In this document: positions 1 through 14,939 of the stretch, in pieces
Position numbering within the stretch: position 1 is the first letter of the stretch
Layout of the letters: each line of letters starts with the position of its first letter
From: Schmidtea polychroa
Taxonomy: Eukaryota
NCBI GenBank assembly: GCA_044892525.1
Contig: CM097885.1
Span: forward strand, 9,364,001-9,428,000
Direction: 5' to 3'
DNA: 64,000 nt
Made by a program: the position numbers and the translations under genes
The notes under the pieces: generated by a model
What the model was told of the DNA's origin: nothing
The model's input: only the letters and a program-made list of their open reading frames with translations
The model's database searches: none

Positions 1-3000
1 GCCAAGAATGTGAAAAATGTCATGAATGTAATGCCATTTTTGCTTGAAGGGCAATCTTATGCAGTTTTCAAACAGTTAAAGAAAAGCAACGCGACAATGG
101 ATTTTGGTATGCGAAGAAGGCATTATTGAAAACCTTCGGTATGAGCGAGCAAGAAGCTTTTACGAAACTTTTACAGAAAAATTTATTAATGGTTGATAAC
201 TTGGATGTCCATGTAAATGAATTAAGGTCACTGTTGGAATGTTCAGGTGATCTACTAATCCGATTTTTTGTAAATAGCTTACCAAGTGATTTGTCAAATC
301 AACTAATGATGTCAACAGCGTCAACAATGAATGAGTTAGTCGCTCAAGCAAAGAAAATCGCAAGTCATCAAATTTATTACAATGAAACAGTTGCAGTAGT
401 AGTACCAAGACCAGATAGTGGAAGACAAGCCAATCGAAAATGCTATATATGCAAAAGTGCTAATCTAATAGTATTATGGGACATATTTTAAGGTTTTGCA
501 AGTCGGGAAAAGATCAAGGGGCTACACACAATGTGGAGTCGGGTGTGGCCCCAAGAATTGTGAATATGTGAGACTCCTAAAAGTAAATGGTGATGTAAAA
601 GCATGTTTAGTTGATTCGGGCAGCACTACTGCTATAGAAAAAGGAAATCCACGAAAATCTTTGACTGCGGTAGCGATGCTTGATGGTTCAATCATATTTA
701 CTGAGCGAAGTAAAGTTGATATATAGGTTGGAGATAAGTTATTTAATATTGATTGTTTAACATACCCGAAACTAGTATCCAATTATGATGTAATTTTAGG
801 AGTGAATGCTATTAATAGGTTTGGTGGAGTTCGATTGAATACAGAAGCCGTATTCGGTTGTGAAGAAGCACCTTGTCACGTAGTGTGCTATAGTAGTAGT
901 ATGTCAGAAATATTGAAGGAAAATTTCTCTGTGAGACTTGAAAACGAGAAATGGATTGTCAAATGGGATTGGAAGTCAGAGCCGCCGAAATTTGTACCTA
1001 ATAGAAATTCAAACTTTTATGATAATTGTAGTAAGGATCAGGAGACGATGTGTATCTTGAATTCTTGGATATCTAACAGCTATCTAGTTGATTACGACGA
1101 GAAAACAATGGGCAAACCGATCGGATCAGTACCTATTTATGGTATAATTCAGTTAAATAAAGCGAAAGTGCGTCCAGTATTTGACTATATAGTGGGAATG
1201 CAGATATCTGTTCTGAAAAATTACGATCATGGAGATGTTTAATTAAAGAATTTGCAATGTTAGATTTATAAAAGCATGTGGCGATATCAATCTTGTATGG
1301 TTAATGGGAAGAGATATGCGCTTACGAGAATGGGATTTGGATTGAATATCGCGCCAACGATAATGACAGAGATTGTGAATAAAGTATTGAACAACAATGA
1401 ATCAATCAAGAAATACACAAGTTCATACATAGACGATATATTCGTAGATGAATCTGAAGTTAAAGCAAATAAATTAAGTGCAGAAATGCGTAAATTTGGT
1501 TTGATATGTAAAGAAGAAGAAAAGGTCAAGGATACTCTCAGTGTAAGAGTATTAGGTATTGATGTATTTCGAAAGAATAATGAACTACATTGGAAAAGAT
1601 CGAACGATATTCGGATAAATGAATTAAATGAAGGGCTTTCAAGAAGAGAGCTGTATTCGTCATGTGGCCAGTTAGTTGGAATTCATCCTGCTCATATATC
1701 AATAGGCTATTCAGTGGAATTTGGGATGATTCAATAGAAAATCATATCGTTGACAAAGTAAAATGGTTATTAGAAAAAGTGAATGAAAGAGATCCATCGT
1801 CAGGTATTTGGAGTGTTCCCAGCAATCAGACAGGCATAATTTGGTGCGATGCAAGTTCGATCGGCATTGGAATTGTATTAGAAATGGAAGGTTCAGTGGT
1901 TGAAGATGCGTGTTGGTTGCGAAAACCTGGTGATTCAAGAAACATTAATTTGGTGGAATTAGAAGCGATTGTGAAGGGTATTAATTTATGTATTAAATGG
2001 AACCTAAAGTACATCACAATTAAATCCGATAGTAAATCAGTTGTGTGTTAGGTTAACAGCATATTATCAAGCGACAGAAAAATACATACAAAAGCAAATT
2101 CAGAGTTGTTAATACGACGAAGGCTGGAGCTTTTAAAAGATCTAGCGATTGAGTATGAACTTAAAATGGACATTGAGTTTGTATCTACAGAAAATAACAA
2201 GGCTGGTGTATTAACGAGAGTACCAGCCAACTGGATGATTATTAAAAAAGAAGTCGCAGCTCTAGGCAATCAAAAAAGCTCGAAAGATGTGTTATTAGAG
2301 ATTCACAAGAACTGCCATGTAGGGAAAAATCGTATGCAATTCTTAGCGACGGAAGCGGGGCTACTAAATGTGGATAATGAGATCTCAGAAATAATTGCAA
2401 GTTGTAATCAATGCCTATCAATTGACCCAGCGCCAGTATCGTGGGAAAAGGGTGAACTAAGCTGTGATGAAAATTGGTGCCGTTTACAATTGATGTAGCT
2501 AAATTTGATAAAGATAAATAATTAACAAATATTGATTGTGGACCATCGAGATATACAATCTGGAAGAAAATTAAGAATGAAAATGTAGAAGAGATATGTA
2601 ATGCTTTAAATGAAGTGTTATATGAAAGAGGAGCTCCAAGTGAAATATTATTAGATAATTACTTATCTTTTAGATCTAGAAAATTTCAATAATTAGCTGA
2701 TAAATGGAATGTTGAGTTGGTATTTAGAACAGTGAACCGTACAGGGGAAACGGGATCATTGAACGCAGCCATCGGACAATCAAATCGCTAGCAGCTAGGT
2801 CCTCAGGAACAATCGCAGAAGCTGTGTACTAGTTCAACAATACGCCAAACAACAATAATATTTGTCCATCTAGAGACATATTTAGATATATTCCAAAGCT
2901 GAATCTGCCAAACTACAGTAAAAAAGAGATAATAATCGAAGCAAAATATTCTGCTGGTGACCCAGTATGGATAAAACCAAATTTGAATTAAAATGCACAG

Positions 3001-3209
3001 AAAGATGGAAAGATGGACATATCATTAAACCATTATTAAATACAAAATTTTTAGTCAAATGTAATGTATACGATATGCCGCGAGTTGTTAAAGATTCAGA
3101 TGAATCTGGTGGGGATGTAGGAATAATGTAATATTAAACAATTAATGCTGTTTTAATATTATGAAAATGTGGTAAAAATAGAATTTGAAAAACGTTTTGT
3201 CTTACAACA
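1..3209 (+). mobile_element. Decayed Gypsy-type LTR retrotransposon (gag-PR-RT-RNaseH-IN, 3' short LTR)
   Basis: Fragmented ORFs: gag with CYIC knuckle remnant, protease LVDSG, RT YIDD, RNase H WCDASS, IN HxxxH..CxxC. Purine tract GGTGGGGA then TGTAG...ACAACA (~3116-3209). Many stops/frameshifts. Confidence 0.85.
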
Positions 3210-3214
3210 AGTAT

Positions 3215-4060
3215 TCACTGTATTCTGTACATTAATTTTCGAATTCAATGACTTTATCAATAACGCTTCACAGATTACACGTTCTCAATAATTATTGAAA
3301 ATTTACTTTTAAAACCTCAACAAAAAGGATTTAGAATAATCATTCTTCATTTACAATTCAACTAATTTGTCAACAGTTTTTACTGAATTTACAAAAGTAG
3401 AAGACAAAGACAATGAACGATAAATCAATCCCTTCACCATATTCTCTAATACTTGAATCCACAAAAACTTTCGGATGAAGTATAAAGACCAGTATCAGTT
3501 GGTTTTCTAAAAATTACTGTCTCATACTGTTTCTCCTTGCGTTGTATTAACATATCCAAGAAAGCAAGTGATGATATTTTCTCCGTTTCACATGTTAATA
3601 CAATGTTTTTATATAGAATGCTCATATAATGCATGAGCAGCTCAACATGCCTCTGATTTTCAAATATAAGAAAATTATCATCCACATACCGTTTATAAAC
3701 AGTGAGTTTCATAAATTGGAAAAATTTAATTTTCTTTAATAAGCTCGCTAAAAAAATTGAAACTATCGTTGATGCTAAAGGAGAACCCATAGCAACTCCG
3801 TCTATTTGTTGATACCATTCATTATTGATAAAAAATTGATTTTTGAAGTTGAAAATTCAATAAGTTCACGAAATGACCTTCCTTCCAAAACATGATGGTC
3901 AGAGATGTTTGTATTCCATAACAAGCAACATAAATCAATAGTTTCAACCAATGGTACATTAGTAAACAGACTACAAACATCAAACAAAACCATAATTTCA
4001 TCAGAAAATCTGACACTGAACGGCATGAGAACGAAATGATTCCATAAATGAAATTCAATT
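3215..4060 (-). mobile_element. Penelope-like element reverse transcriptase remnant
   Basis: FDVCSLFTNVPL, (GVA)MGSPLA, YKRYVDD, LAFLDMLI, FRKPTDTGLY; frameshifted. Confidence 0.85.
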
Positions 4061-4454
4061 TAAGAATTCTACCGTTGCGTGCAACTATAAATTATAGTTA
4101 CATTATATATAAAATCCTCCCAGTTGCACCGTGATGGTCGACAGTGCAATTAAAGAATTCTTTTGATTTCCCCGTCACTGTGGATAATCGTGTCAAATAA
4201 TCAATTTTTGTTGTTGCTGTTGCTGTTGTTGCTAGGGTTGACTGGAAAATTTGTTTTGGGAAATAAATAATAATGAAAAATTAATTGAGAAATTTTGCTG
4301 TTGAAACAGAGAAAATTCCCAATAGTGAGACTTTGTCAATGATAGTTTGATTGCAGTGCTCTATTGAAGCGTAACAATTAAGGCACATTATATCTTTTGA
4401 TTAGATCAATAATTGCACTGAGTACATCTTGATTATGTTTATGTTGTCCTTATT

Positions 4455-5360
<906 letters not shown>

Positions 5361-5821
5361 TGAAAAAAACACATTCTACATTGTGCAAGTCTAAGCCATT
5401 TTCTATCGACAAGAGATGGAACATATCAGTAAAACAAAATTAATATTTTTATCAACTCGTAAAGATCCATCATTAAGTGTAATTGATATTTTAAACTGAA
5501 GATAATTAATATTAAATAATTTTTAATATTTATTATTTTTTTTGGATGATAATCGTGGTGCATATTGTGCAAGGGTGCAACATGAAATAATTTTTTTCTG
5601 TTTAGAAAATTTTCTGAGAAACCAGCATGGGCAAGGGAAGTAAAAGAATAAATTATTTGAAATCAGTCATGTAAATCCAGCGTTTGAAGACATTAAATGA
5701 GAATAAAAAATTTAAATTTTACTGAAAATTGAATATTTGAATATTGTTTGGAATACTGATCAAATTCAAACCTTTTTAATAATTATAATTGGGTTACTTA
5801 TATTTTCTTAAATTTAGTTAA

Positions 5822-6136
5822 CCCATTCGCGGACACATGAAATTTAGAAAATGTTCGCAAAGTGACACAAGTAATTATTTGGTTTTAATGCAGATATTTA
5901 AATTCGGATTTCAGTTTTAGGTTTGTGGTTTATTTAATTTTGGATTTTTACTGAAAACAAAATAAATATAATATGTCGAAACACACCGACGTGTCCTACA
6001 TATAAAACCAATACAATCGCAGACGGGTAGGTTCGACGTGTTTATACACGATATTTTTTATGTGTCAGCATATGCCGACGTGTCCAAATTTAAGCAATTC
6101 GTAGTGTCGGCCTATGCCGACGTGTCCGCGAAAGGG
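5822..6136. mobile_element. piggyBac-type MITE
   Basis: TIRs CCCATTCGCGGACAC / GTGTCCGCGAAAGGG, TTAA on both sides, internal CCGACGTGTC repeats. Confidence 0.85.
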
Positions 6137-6859
6137 TTAATTTTTAATGGTTCGTATTATATTTGGATGCCAACTACATTTGGATAATAATGATATTACT
6201 AAATTATTTGTCATATTTAAAACAATAAAAACTATTACAGGATTATTCGTATTTATAATTTATAATCAAGATTATACACTTATAAAAATGAATTTAATAG
6301 ACAAATTAATGCAATTATATATTAATGCTATTATATTTGTCAACCAAAAACGTACTGCGAACCACAAATCTATCTATTCTTTGTACGCGGACCAATTTTA
6401 TTTTTTCGCGGCCCAATATTGGGTCGAGCACCAGCTATTGGGAAACGCTGATATATACATATACAACTATTTAATTAAATTGCCGCTTTTATTTATCCCG
6501 TGGATTAGACTAATGTTTTGTCCACAATTTAGAGTAAATCCGAAATGCTTTGAATATAACTGATAAGTAACTTTAAAATGAAGTTTCATCCCAATTTATA
6601 AGATTTTCATCAAGTACAAATATCAACTCTTTCAAAAATACAGCTTTTTATTTTAATATTATAGTTGAATTTCTTTCCACGATTACAACTGAATTAAGTC
6701 TTCTTAAATAGTTCTTAAATTTTGATATCCTAGAAGGTTTTTGTTGGGAAGTTCTCATACCGTTCGTGACGTCGCAACCCAAATTTTATTTTAATTAATA
6801 AAGAGGTTGAAAAATATTTTTTGTATAATTTTGTTTTGTAAATTTATTACGGTCTAAAG

Positions 6860-7206
6860 CAGTGGTTCTCAATTAATATAAAAGCGCGGAATACCATTCA
6901 CATGATTTTTTTCACGTGGAACACTGACAAAAAATACTTGCCCACAATGAGTAACCAATCACAAATTGCTATAAATCTGTCGTAAACGTAAACAATGCCT
7001 TCTTATAAGCAAAGAAAATACTACGCGCAACAATAACAAGCAATAAAAACACTTTTATATTTGTATGTTTATATATCTGTGTAACGGCTTTCTTATTGAA
7101 TCATCTTATAAAAAAATTAATTGAGGTTTTTGATGATATGTATCTTAAATGCAAATTTAAAGATAAAATGTCATTTTTTTCGAGGAACACGGGTTGAGAA
7201 CCACTG
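6860..7206. mobile_element. hAT-type MITE
   Basis: TIRs CAGTGGTTCTCAA / TTGAGAACCACTG; 8-bp TSD GTCTAAAG / GTCTAGAG. Confidence 0.85.
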
Positions 7207-7984
7207 GTCTAGAGTCTAGTAAAATATGATACACCGTTAACATAATGTGTGAAGGTTATCAATTTGTGTAAAAGTCTCCATAAGTACAAATAACATTGTA
7301 ATAAATTATATCAATATCAATATCAATTTTATTCATATCAATTCAGTAATGTTAAAAAAATACCAAAATTCGTACAAAATCAATTGATTAAATATTCGAT
7401 ATTTTTTTGTATCGATTTCTCTTTTTTACAGAAATTTATTAAATATAATATAACATATTTTTGAGGCCCATTTAATTAGTTAAGGACGGAGACAAGTTGC
7501 CTTGTGTTATACAAGATTGCAGCTTCATAGCTCTAACATTTAACACCATCTCACAGGATTGACACCTTTAGAGCTTGGTTTTAATACCAACTTTTAACTA
7601 ATAACTTTATAAAAGCTCCTGTTACTTTAACTAGCCTCTTTTTTCCTAGATCAACAATCATAATAATTATTATTATTTCTAGTTAATTAATTTCATAAAT
7701 ACAAAATGTATTTACCTAGTGATAATGTTCACAGTTGTCAGTTTACAATCACCATTAACAGCTTTTGATACAGAACAATGCAAATGCCCGTCACGGTTCA
7801 TCATTTGCTGTACTAATGTTACCACTGTGCATCTTCAGTTAGCGTCTAGAAATGTGAAATGGTAACTGGATGGTGATGCTACTACCGCGTCACTCCGCCA
7901 TAAATCACCATCACCAACACTACTCAACCACATTGATTCTGTGATCGTAGTTCCTCTATCGTTGTCGTTGTCGACATCTGCAAC

Positions 7985-9697
7985 AATATCGAACTAAACT
8001 GGATAGCTCGATACGGACAACCCAAAACTTTGATAATAGATCAAGGGAGACAATTTGAATCAGAATTATTTAATGCCCTATGTAAAATATATGAAATAAA
8101 ACGCAACCGAATCACTGCTTACAATCCTCAAGCAAATGGAAAAATCGAACGAATGCATAGGACACTAAATCAATGCATTCGAACCAAAGCAAATGACAGA
8201 AATTGGTTCACCGAATTACCTACTATCCTATTGGGGTTATGGAACACTCCCAACTCAATTGACAACGAAAGCCCTTCTTTCAAAGTTTTTGGCAGAGAAT
8301 CAAACCTCCCATCACTCAAAAACAAAACAACAGATAACACAGAAACAAACAAACAAACAACTAACAATAACAACGGAAATATAGAGAAAAACCCAAAAGG
8401 AATCTTAGAAAGGAGACCAGACTCCGAATTGGGTGGAAAAACAGTGCTAACAACAGACCTCGTTCTAATAAAAAAACCATTCACAAAAGGTTTCGAGTTC
8501 AAATATGAAGGTCCATTCAAACTCCTATCAATCAACAAAAACGTTGCCACAATAATTAAAAACAACAACAAAATGAAAATAAACAAGACGAATAAAACCT
8601 TACTACAAGAACCAAAACCAGCAAAATAAGCCCCATAAAGACAAAACACAAACTCAAATACAACCAAAAACACAACCAATACACAAAAACATCACATTCA
8701 ACTACAAAAATTCAATCAAACTATTTGACAAAGACACAATAATCACAACCCCATACAAAAAACGATACAGCGATTGTCTGAAATAAAACAGAAACATTTA
8801 ATAAAAAAAACAAATCACACGCACAAACAACGCTAATTGTACAGTTTTATTTATTTAATTGTATTTACGAAACTGGTTGTAAATTTTTTGTTTTATCCAG
8901 GTTGTATATACGTAAAAAAACAGAAACAAAATACATATAAAAACATATAAAACATACAATAGAAAAAAAAGGGTTATTGAATGTTATTATTTTTTGGTTA
9001 TTTTTCATTGATTCATGTTAACCTCCAGTTTTAAAGGGGGAAGTTATGTAATGTACAGTCATATCCTTTTTTATTCCTAAACAAGGTTACGCGACGCCTT
9101 GCTATTTCGTTGAGCGTAGGTCGCGCTTGAAAATGGAAAAAGGAACTATATAGCGATAATTTACCATAGTAAATAGTCACTATACAAATATTGAAAAAAT
9201 AAAAAATACAAAAAAATATTGATAAAAGAAAATAATATAACTTAAAGAAATATGTATTTTATTATGATTGAGAATTTGGACATTTGAAGACATTTGTAAT
9301 AAGAAATCATATCTCTGAAACTCCTGGTGATTTGAATTAATCCCCAGCTTCGATTTGAATTTGTATAGAATTTCGAAACTTCTGAATTCTGAGATTTTGG
9401 ACATTTGAAAATATTTAAAAAAACATATCTCTGAAACCCAGGAAACATAAACATTCGATACAATAAAGGAATCGGGAATTACAAAGTTACAGAAAGAGAA
9501 GATTTTCTAAAGTATTATTCATTTTATTGTCTAATAAAATTTGTAATTTTATCTAATTGTTGTTTTGTATCTCTTCTACACAACACGCACATTTTTTTTA
9601 ACGGTGACTCTATCGGTCCTTCAGATCTCTCTACAATCAATCATAAAGCATACTAATACACCATACAAGTAAATAAGGCAACACAAATACTATAACA
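7985..9697 (+). mobile_element. 3' part of a Gypsy LTR retrotransposon (integrase, PPT, 3' LTR 9047-9697)
   Basis: IN core DQGRQFES...YNPQANGKIERMHRTL and GPF motif (ORF 8030-8629). PPT AAAGGGGGAAG, then LTR TGTAATGTACAG...TATAACA sharing blocks with the LTR at 45496-46166. Confidence 0.85.
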
Positions 9698-9869
9698 CTA
9701 AAAAAGTACAATTAACTAAGGTTAACTAACGTTATAATAAATGCTGAAAATTTATATTCAATTTTTGATTAAATAAATACTTTGAATTATGACGTTATCT
9801 TTTGAACCTGATTTAAAAAATAACTTTCGAACTTCTCTCAAAGTTATTGTCAATTGATTCAAATCCTTT

Positions 9870-11788
9870 CACAACTGTAATGCTCTGAATCTATTGAAGA
9901 CATTTAGACAGCGCTCGGTTGCTGTAAGAGCAAAGCACCGTAAAACGAGACATACCTGTATTACCACTATTGCAAAACAATGAAATTTGGCGGTCAAGTG
10001 GAGAGCGTAAATTATTTTGAAAGATTGCTAAAAGATAAAATTGAAGACGGCAATATTTAGAAAAACTGTCCGTATCCAATAAAGCACAAATTGCATCATT
10101 TAAGGTAGCAGAAATTATAGCAATAAAGTTAAAAGCACATACCATAGCAGAGAATCTAATTTTGCCAGCATGCTCTGAGATTAATAAAATTATGTTTTGG
10201 GATGATGCAAAAAATGAAATTATGAAAATCCCTCCTACGGACGACCCAATTAAAAAAAGAATTTTTGACATGTCAGATGATATTGAGAAGAAAGTTATTA
10301 CAAAGCTTCCGGGGCAGTACTTTGCTTTGCAAATGGACAAGTTCACCGATTTTAGCGGTATGGTCTGCCTGATAGGATTTATACGTTTTAATAATGAAAA
10401 TGAAATAGTGAACCGATTTTTCTGCAGCAGACAGCTTGTTGAACGCACAACAGGAAATGTTATTATTAATCAGTTTCGTCATATTTAGATAAATTTCAAA
10501 TAACATGGGACCAATGTGTAGGAATTTGTACCGATAATGCCTTTTCAATCGTCAGCTCTATTAAAGGATGTATTGTTTTTGTGAAGAAAAAATTCCAAAC
10601 ATCATAGTGACACACTGTTTTTTGCATCGAGAATCTCTTGTATCAAAAACTTTATCTGCCACATTAAAATCCGTCTTAGACCAAGTAGTTAACATAGTAA
10701 ATTATATCAAATCACGACCTTTGCAAACCCGGTTATTTAACCCTCTCCGTATATTTGTCGAATATATTCGATATTAAAGCAAGATGTCACTTCCAGTTTC
10801 ATAGGCCATTGCAAAAGTACATCGTTTTCACCGCGCATTATGAAAAAGAAAACAGAAAGATGTGTCCCTTTTCCAGCTTTGAATCCATCGGGATGAAGCT
10901 GAAGGCACATTTTGTAACCGTTTTTGTGGGAATAGAACGGGTCACTATAAATATCAGCATTATTTTTTACACAGAGAGGGTTAAAAACCTTTGTGCATCT
11001 ATGGATGCTCAACATGAGTCTTTACTTCTGTATACTGAGGTACGTTGGTTATCACGAGGCAAAGTGTTGAATTGACTTTCGGAACTGAAGAATGAATTAT
11101 CCGTATTTTTTGAAACTTATTTAACAGACAATATTTGGTGCATGAAAATGCCATATTTAGCTGATATTTTTAATTATTTAAATATTGCTAATGCTTGTAT
11201 ACAAGGTTAAAACGAAAATATTTTAACACCCTCTGATATACTATCAGCATTTCAAAAAAGAATTTCGTTTTGGAGAACAGGTTTACTTCAAAAGAGAACA
11301 ATGGACATGTTTTCTTCAGTCCACATTCAAAATAACAATGCCGATGAAATAATGCCTATCATTACTCAACATTTAGAATTATTAGAAGAGGAAGAAGTTA
11401 TTACGTTGTCAACAGATCGTTCACTCAAAATAAAGTTTTCCCAATTAACAATTGAAGAATTTTGGATAACCGTTCAAACCGAATTTAAAACAATTTCCGA
11501 AAAACTCGTTAAATTTTTATAACAATTTTCAACATCATATTTATGCAAGCTTGAATTTTCAACATTAACCAATATCAAGACAATGTAACATGAAAAAAAA
11601 CTTGTCGCGGTTGGGGGACTCTCCCCTCCCCACAACACTAACCAAAAAGTTTAGATAGATTTTGCACTTCGTGCAAATATTGCACCTTCGTTCTCGATCA
11701 GTACTTAGTTGAAAGAACCCCAGTTGTTCCGCCAAATATTTTGAGATAGTCAAGTGCTCCTTCATTACCAAAAGGTTAAGAACCACTG
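9870..11788 (+). mobile_element. Decayed hAT (Buster/Charlie, ZBED5-like) transposon
   Basis: FALQMD, THCFLHRESL, LLYTEVRWLSRGKVL motifs; right TIR AAGAACCACTG ending 11788; many lesions. Confidence 0.85.
10741..10980 (-). mobile_element. piggyBac-type non-autonomous element carrying a TRAF MATH-domain fragment
   Basis: TTAA at 10737-40 and 10981-84; TIR CCCTCTC.../...GAGAGGG. Removing it restores the hAT frame RLFKNLCA. The interior encodes SDPFYSHKNGYKMCLQLHPDG..GKGTHLSVFFFIMRGENDVLLQWP. Confidence 0.85.
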
Positions 11789-11929
11789 ACCTATATGGAC
11801 ATAAGGTTCAAACTTATATAACATATTTTAGATATAATGACGTTATCTCTTTAATTCGAAGTTAATGAATAGATAAGAATTTATATTGAAATAAGAAAAT
11901 AACACTAGATTTGACATATCAACATTTTT

Positions 11930-12100
11930 TAAATTAACCCACTTTCCATGATCGGATAGATCTGAAATTTTGATAGCATTCAGTGCTCTTGACAACGAAT
12001 TTCAACTCAATCCGATGACGGAAAGTAAGTTAATTTGGTCTCACAAAATTTGCGCGGCACATACAAACATACAAACATCAGCGTAGTTATGTAAAGAGTA
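11930..12100. repeat. Possible Helentron/DINE-1-like non-autonomous fragment
   Basis: Inverted repeat AAATTAACCCACTTTCC / GGAAAGTAAGTTAATTT followed by ACATACAA repeats. Confidence 0.35.
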
Positions 12101-12469
12101 TCAATAATAAATTAATTGCAAAATAACACATTTTACAAAAGGTTTTATTGAATTTTTATAAAAACCAGGAAGTGATAATCACAGCTCTATTCAATGATAT
12201 TGAAATAATAGTCTTTTAATTAGCTTGAATAATGAAGGTTAATGGTGATGTGTAAATTTTGTATTGGATAACAGTAGGTAGTAAGTGGTTTCCGGGATAC
12301 CCTTTACCCACACTAGACAAATTTTTTTTTAAAAATGCTGCCTTAGGTGAAAAGCTATTAATCGTAAATTACATAATATTTTAATCTCCTTGGTCCCAGG
12401 ATTTTTTAATTACTTCAAAATATTTTCTCACTATTATTATCATATATTATCTTTCTCATCAGATGTCAA

Positions 12470-12687
12470 TTTTTAGTATCAACTAACGATAAAAGTGATC
12501 TTTTATGTCTTTGCAATACCAATCTTTTAGCTTATGTAATATTTACATTACCACAAACAACATTTACAATAACTTCAAGTAAATAGTCAATAACAAAAGA
12601 TGAAAAAACTTGTAAAATCAATATTCGTTTTGTATTTGAAGCCTTTATCAAAGCATTAAAATATGGTAAACCTCGTTCACGTTTCAT
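12470..12687 (-). pseudogene. Polinton small core-protein-like ORF remnant
   Basis: Manual translation MKRERGLPYFNALIKAS...LLEVIVNVCCGNVNIT*AKRLVLQRHK resembles the E.xxN.xxGNV conserved Polinton ORF; lies downstream of the ATPase remnant. Confidence 0.5.
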
Positions 12688-12869
12688 TATTACTAACATT
12701 ATTTCATGTAATGTATTTATTATAATTTAATCCGTTTCTTAGTTTATTTCTTACCTTTCTTACTTTCTTACTTTCTTACTACGTTTTTTTTATTATAAAC
12801 TTGTTTGGAAACATTTGGAACTAGAGTTTTTAACAATTACTTTTTTAAATGCCATGATTAGTTTTAATT

Positions 12870-13439
12870 ATTTGTTTTCAATTCTGTTAATAAATCGTAA
12901 CACTATTTACATTAAAAATATCTGTTTTAATACGTAAATCATCAGGACATTGATGTGTAAAGTCAAAGAATAAATATCATGGGGAACTTTTATTGCGTCT
13001 TGGAAAGATTCTATTAAAAATTTTCTATTATTAGGATAAGCTTGTCTTGCAAGAAAATCAATAATTGTTTGATCTATTTGATCTATAATATAATCAAATA
13101 TTGAAGATTTAAATTACGCGTAAAAAGGTTTTGTGTTATAAAAATAACTGCAACCACGCAACGTTTTTTTATTTTTTTTTATTTGCATCCTGATACAAAT
13201 CATGGATAATAATAACATCACCTTGACGTAATCTAGATGATCAATTTTTATCAAATCCTTTAATTATTGTCATTTTTAATTGGCAGAAACTGTTTTGAGC
13301 GAATCCAAGATCTTTATTTGCACTTCTATGCTAATAAAATTTATTAAATTTTAATTTAAACATGTTTGATTGTAATAAATGACATACAAATACCACTAGG
13401 TCCTACAATTTGATATACTGCATCATTTCTTAATTCCAT
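12870..13439 (-). pseudogene. Polinton A32-like packaging ATPase remnant
   Basis: Manual translation: IVGPSG (Walker A start), GDVIIIHDLY (Walker B-like), VIFITQNLF, FLARQAYP...FDF...DDLRIKTDIF; frameshifted. Confidence 0.7.
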
Positions 13440-13923
13440 TTTAATTAAATTATTTTATCTTATTTGTTTATAATTAGAATAATATCAAAAATGATAAGAA
13501 ACATCAATTATTGAGGAAGATGTTTAATAGAAGAAATGAAGTTCCCAACAGGTAAATCTCAACATGTTGTGGACAGAAGCGAAAAATATCCTATTTTCTT
13601 TCTTCAAGAGCCGGAAATGCAGGGTAACAAGATATAATAAACTATTTAATATAATTTATGATAAAATAATCAAATTTTCATTTGAATGAATTTTTCCTTT
13701 GATTACAAAAAAATTGTCTTTATTACCTTATAAAAATCTCTAGTAATCATATTTAATTAGTATAGACTAAAAAGTAGCTTCTTTATATATCATTGGAAAT
13801 TCAAAAAATTTGTAAAAATATTTGATTTTTGGGCAGGTGTGCCGCAAGCTTTTTTAAATTTTTTAGAGTGCCGTGAGCAACAAAAGTTTGAGAAACACTG
13901 ATCTAAATAATAATAATAATAAC

Positions 13924-14238
13924 CATGGACAGATCTACATATGGGCTAATAGGTCTATAGGCATGGGCCGAGATCCGCAAGGGGCCCAACCTCTCGGACA
14001 CATACCGATTATATTCTATACCAAGCACGGCTTATAAGAGAAAAGATCAAAACACAAAAAATTTAAAACACAAATTTAATATTTATTAAAAATCAACCAA
14101 ATATAATATGGCGAAAAAAATCAATGGCGGAGGCCTGAGTCAAAGCCAATAAAGTAAAAGAAAACAATTTTTTTTGAAACGTGTAGGGTCCCTTGGTATT
14201 TTTAAGCCCTGGGCCCCAAAAAGCTAGATCCGTCCTTG
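13924..14238. mobile_element. MITE (hAT-like termini)
   Basis: CATGGACAGATCTA / TAGATCCGTCCTTG inverted termini; no clear TSD. Confidence 0.5.
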
Positions 14239-14939
14239 TTGTACGATTATCCTAGTCTATTTAATGTTATTATAAAACATTCTTCAAATATTCCTTTAAA
14301 TGAATTTTTCTTTTGATCGACAGCATCTCTAAATTTAGAATGAAAGAATATTCCAGAGAAGTGTCTTTGACTATTTTATCTAAGCAAATGACGAGTTATT
14401 GATGGCCTCATTATTTCCATTATTTGTAACCAATCCATTTAAAAAATTTATGCAAAATTTAGTTTCCGACATTTTTATAATAAAGTTGACTAATAAAAAT
14501 AAAGCATTCGTATTGTCATATCTTTGTTAATCATGCTCTCGAAATGCTTGTCTTTATTAATCAAAAACAAAATCATATTCATACACATATTTAAATTATA
14601 AAATAATTCAAAATCAATAATGGAAATTTAAATATTGATGATTTGTTTGCAGAGTTTGACGATTTTAATTTCTGTTGTAAAGGTTGACGAGAGATTTTTC
14701 GAAATTCTTTCATTATAATATTGAACTGATCTTTTGATTTATTTGAGTATATTTTTATGAAATGTTGAAGATTACCATTTGATTTATCATTTATAATTTT
14801 GATATACAGTGTAATACACTGAATGTATAGTGTAAAATTATAAAATATAGTTTATAATTAAAATTAAGTCATTAAAGTCAAAATTCTAAAATGTTTTTTT
14901 TATTATCAACTTCTTTATTTCACTCATTTGAGAGCACTA

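Noticed and set aside
10737..11015. Functional host TRAF gene
   Set aside because: Only part of the MATH domain, enclosed by TIRs/TTAA inside a dead transposase; no other TRAF exons found
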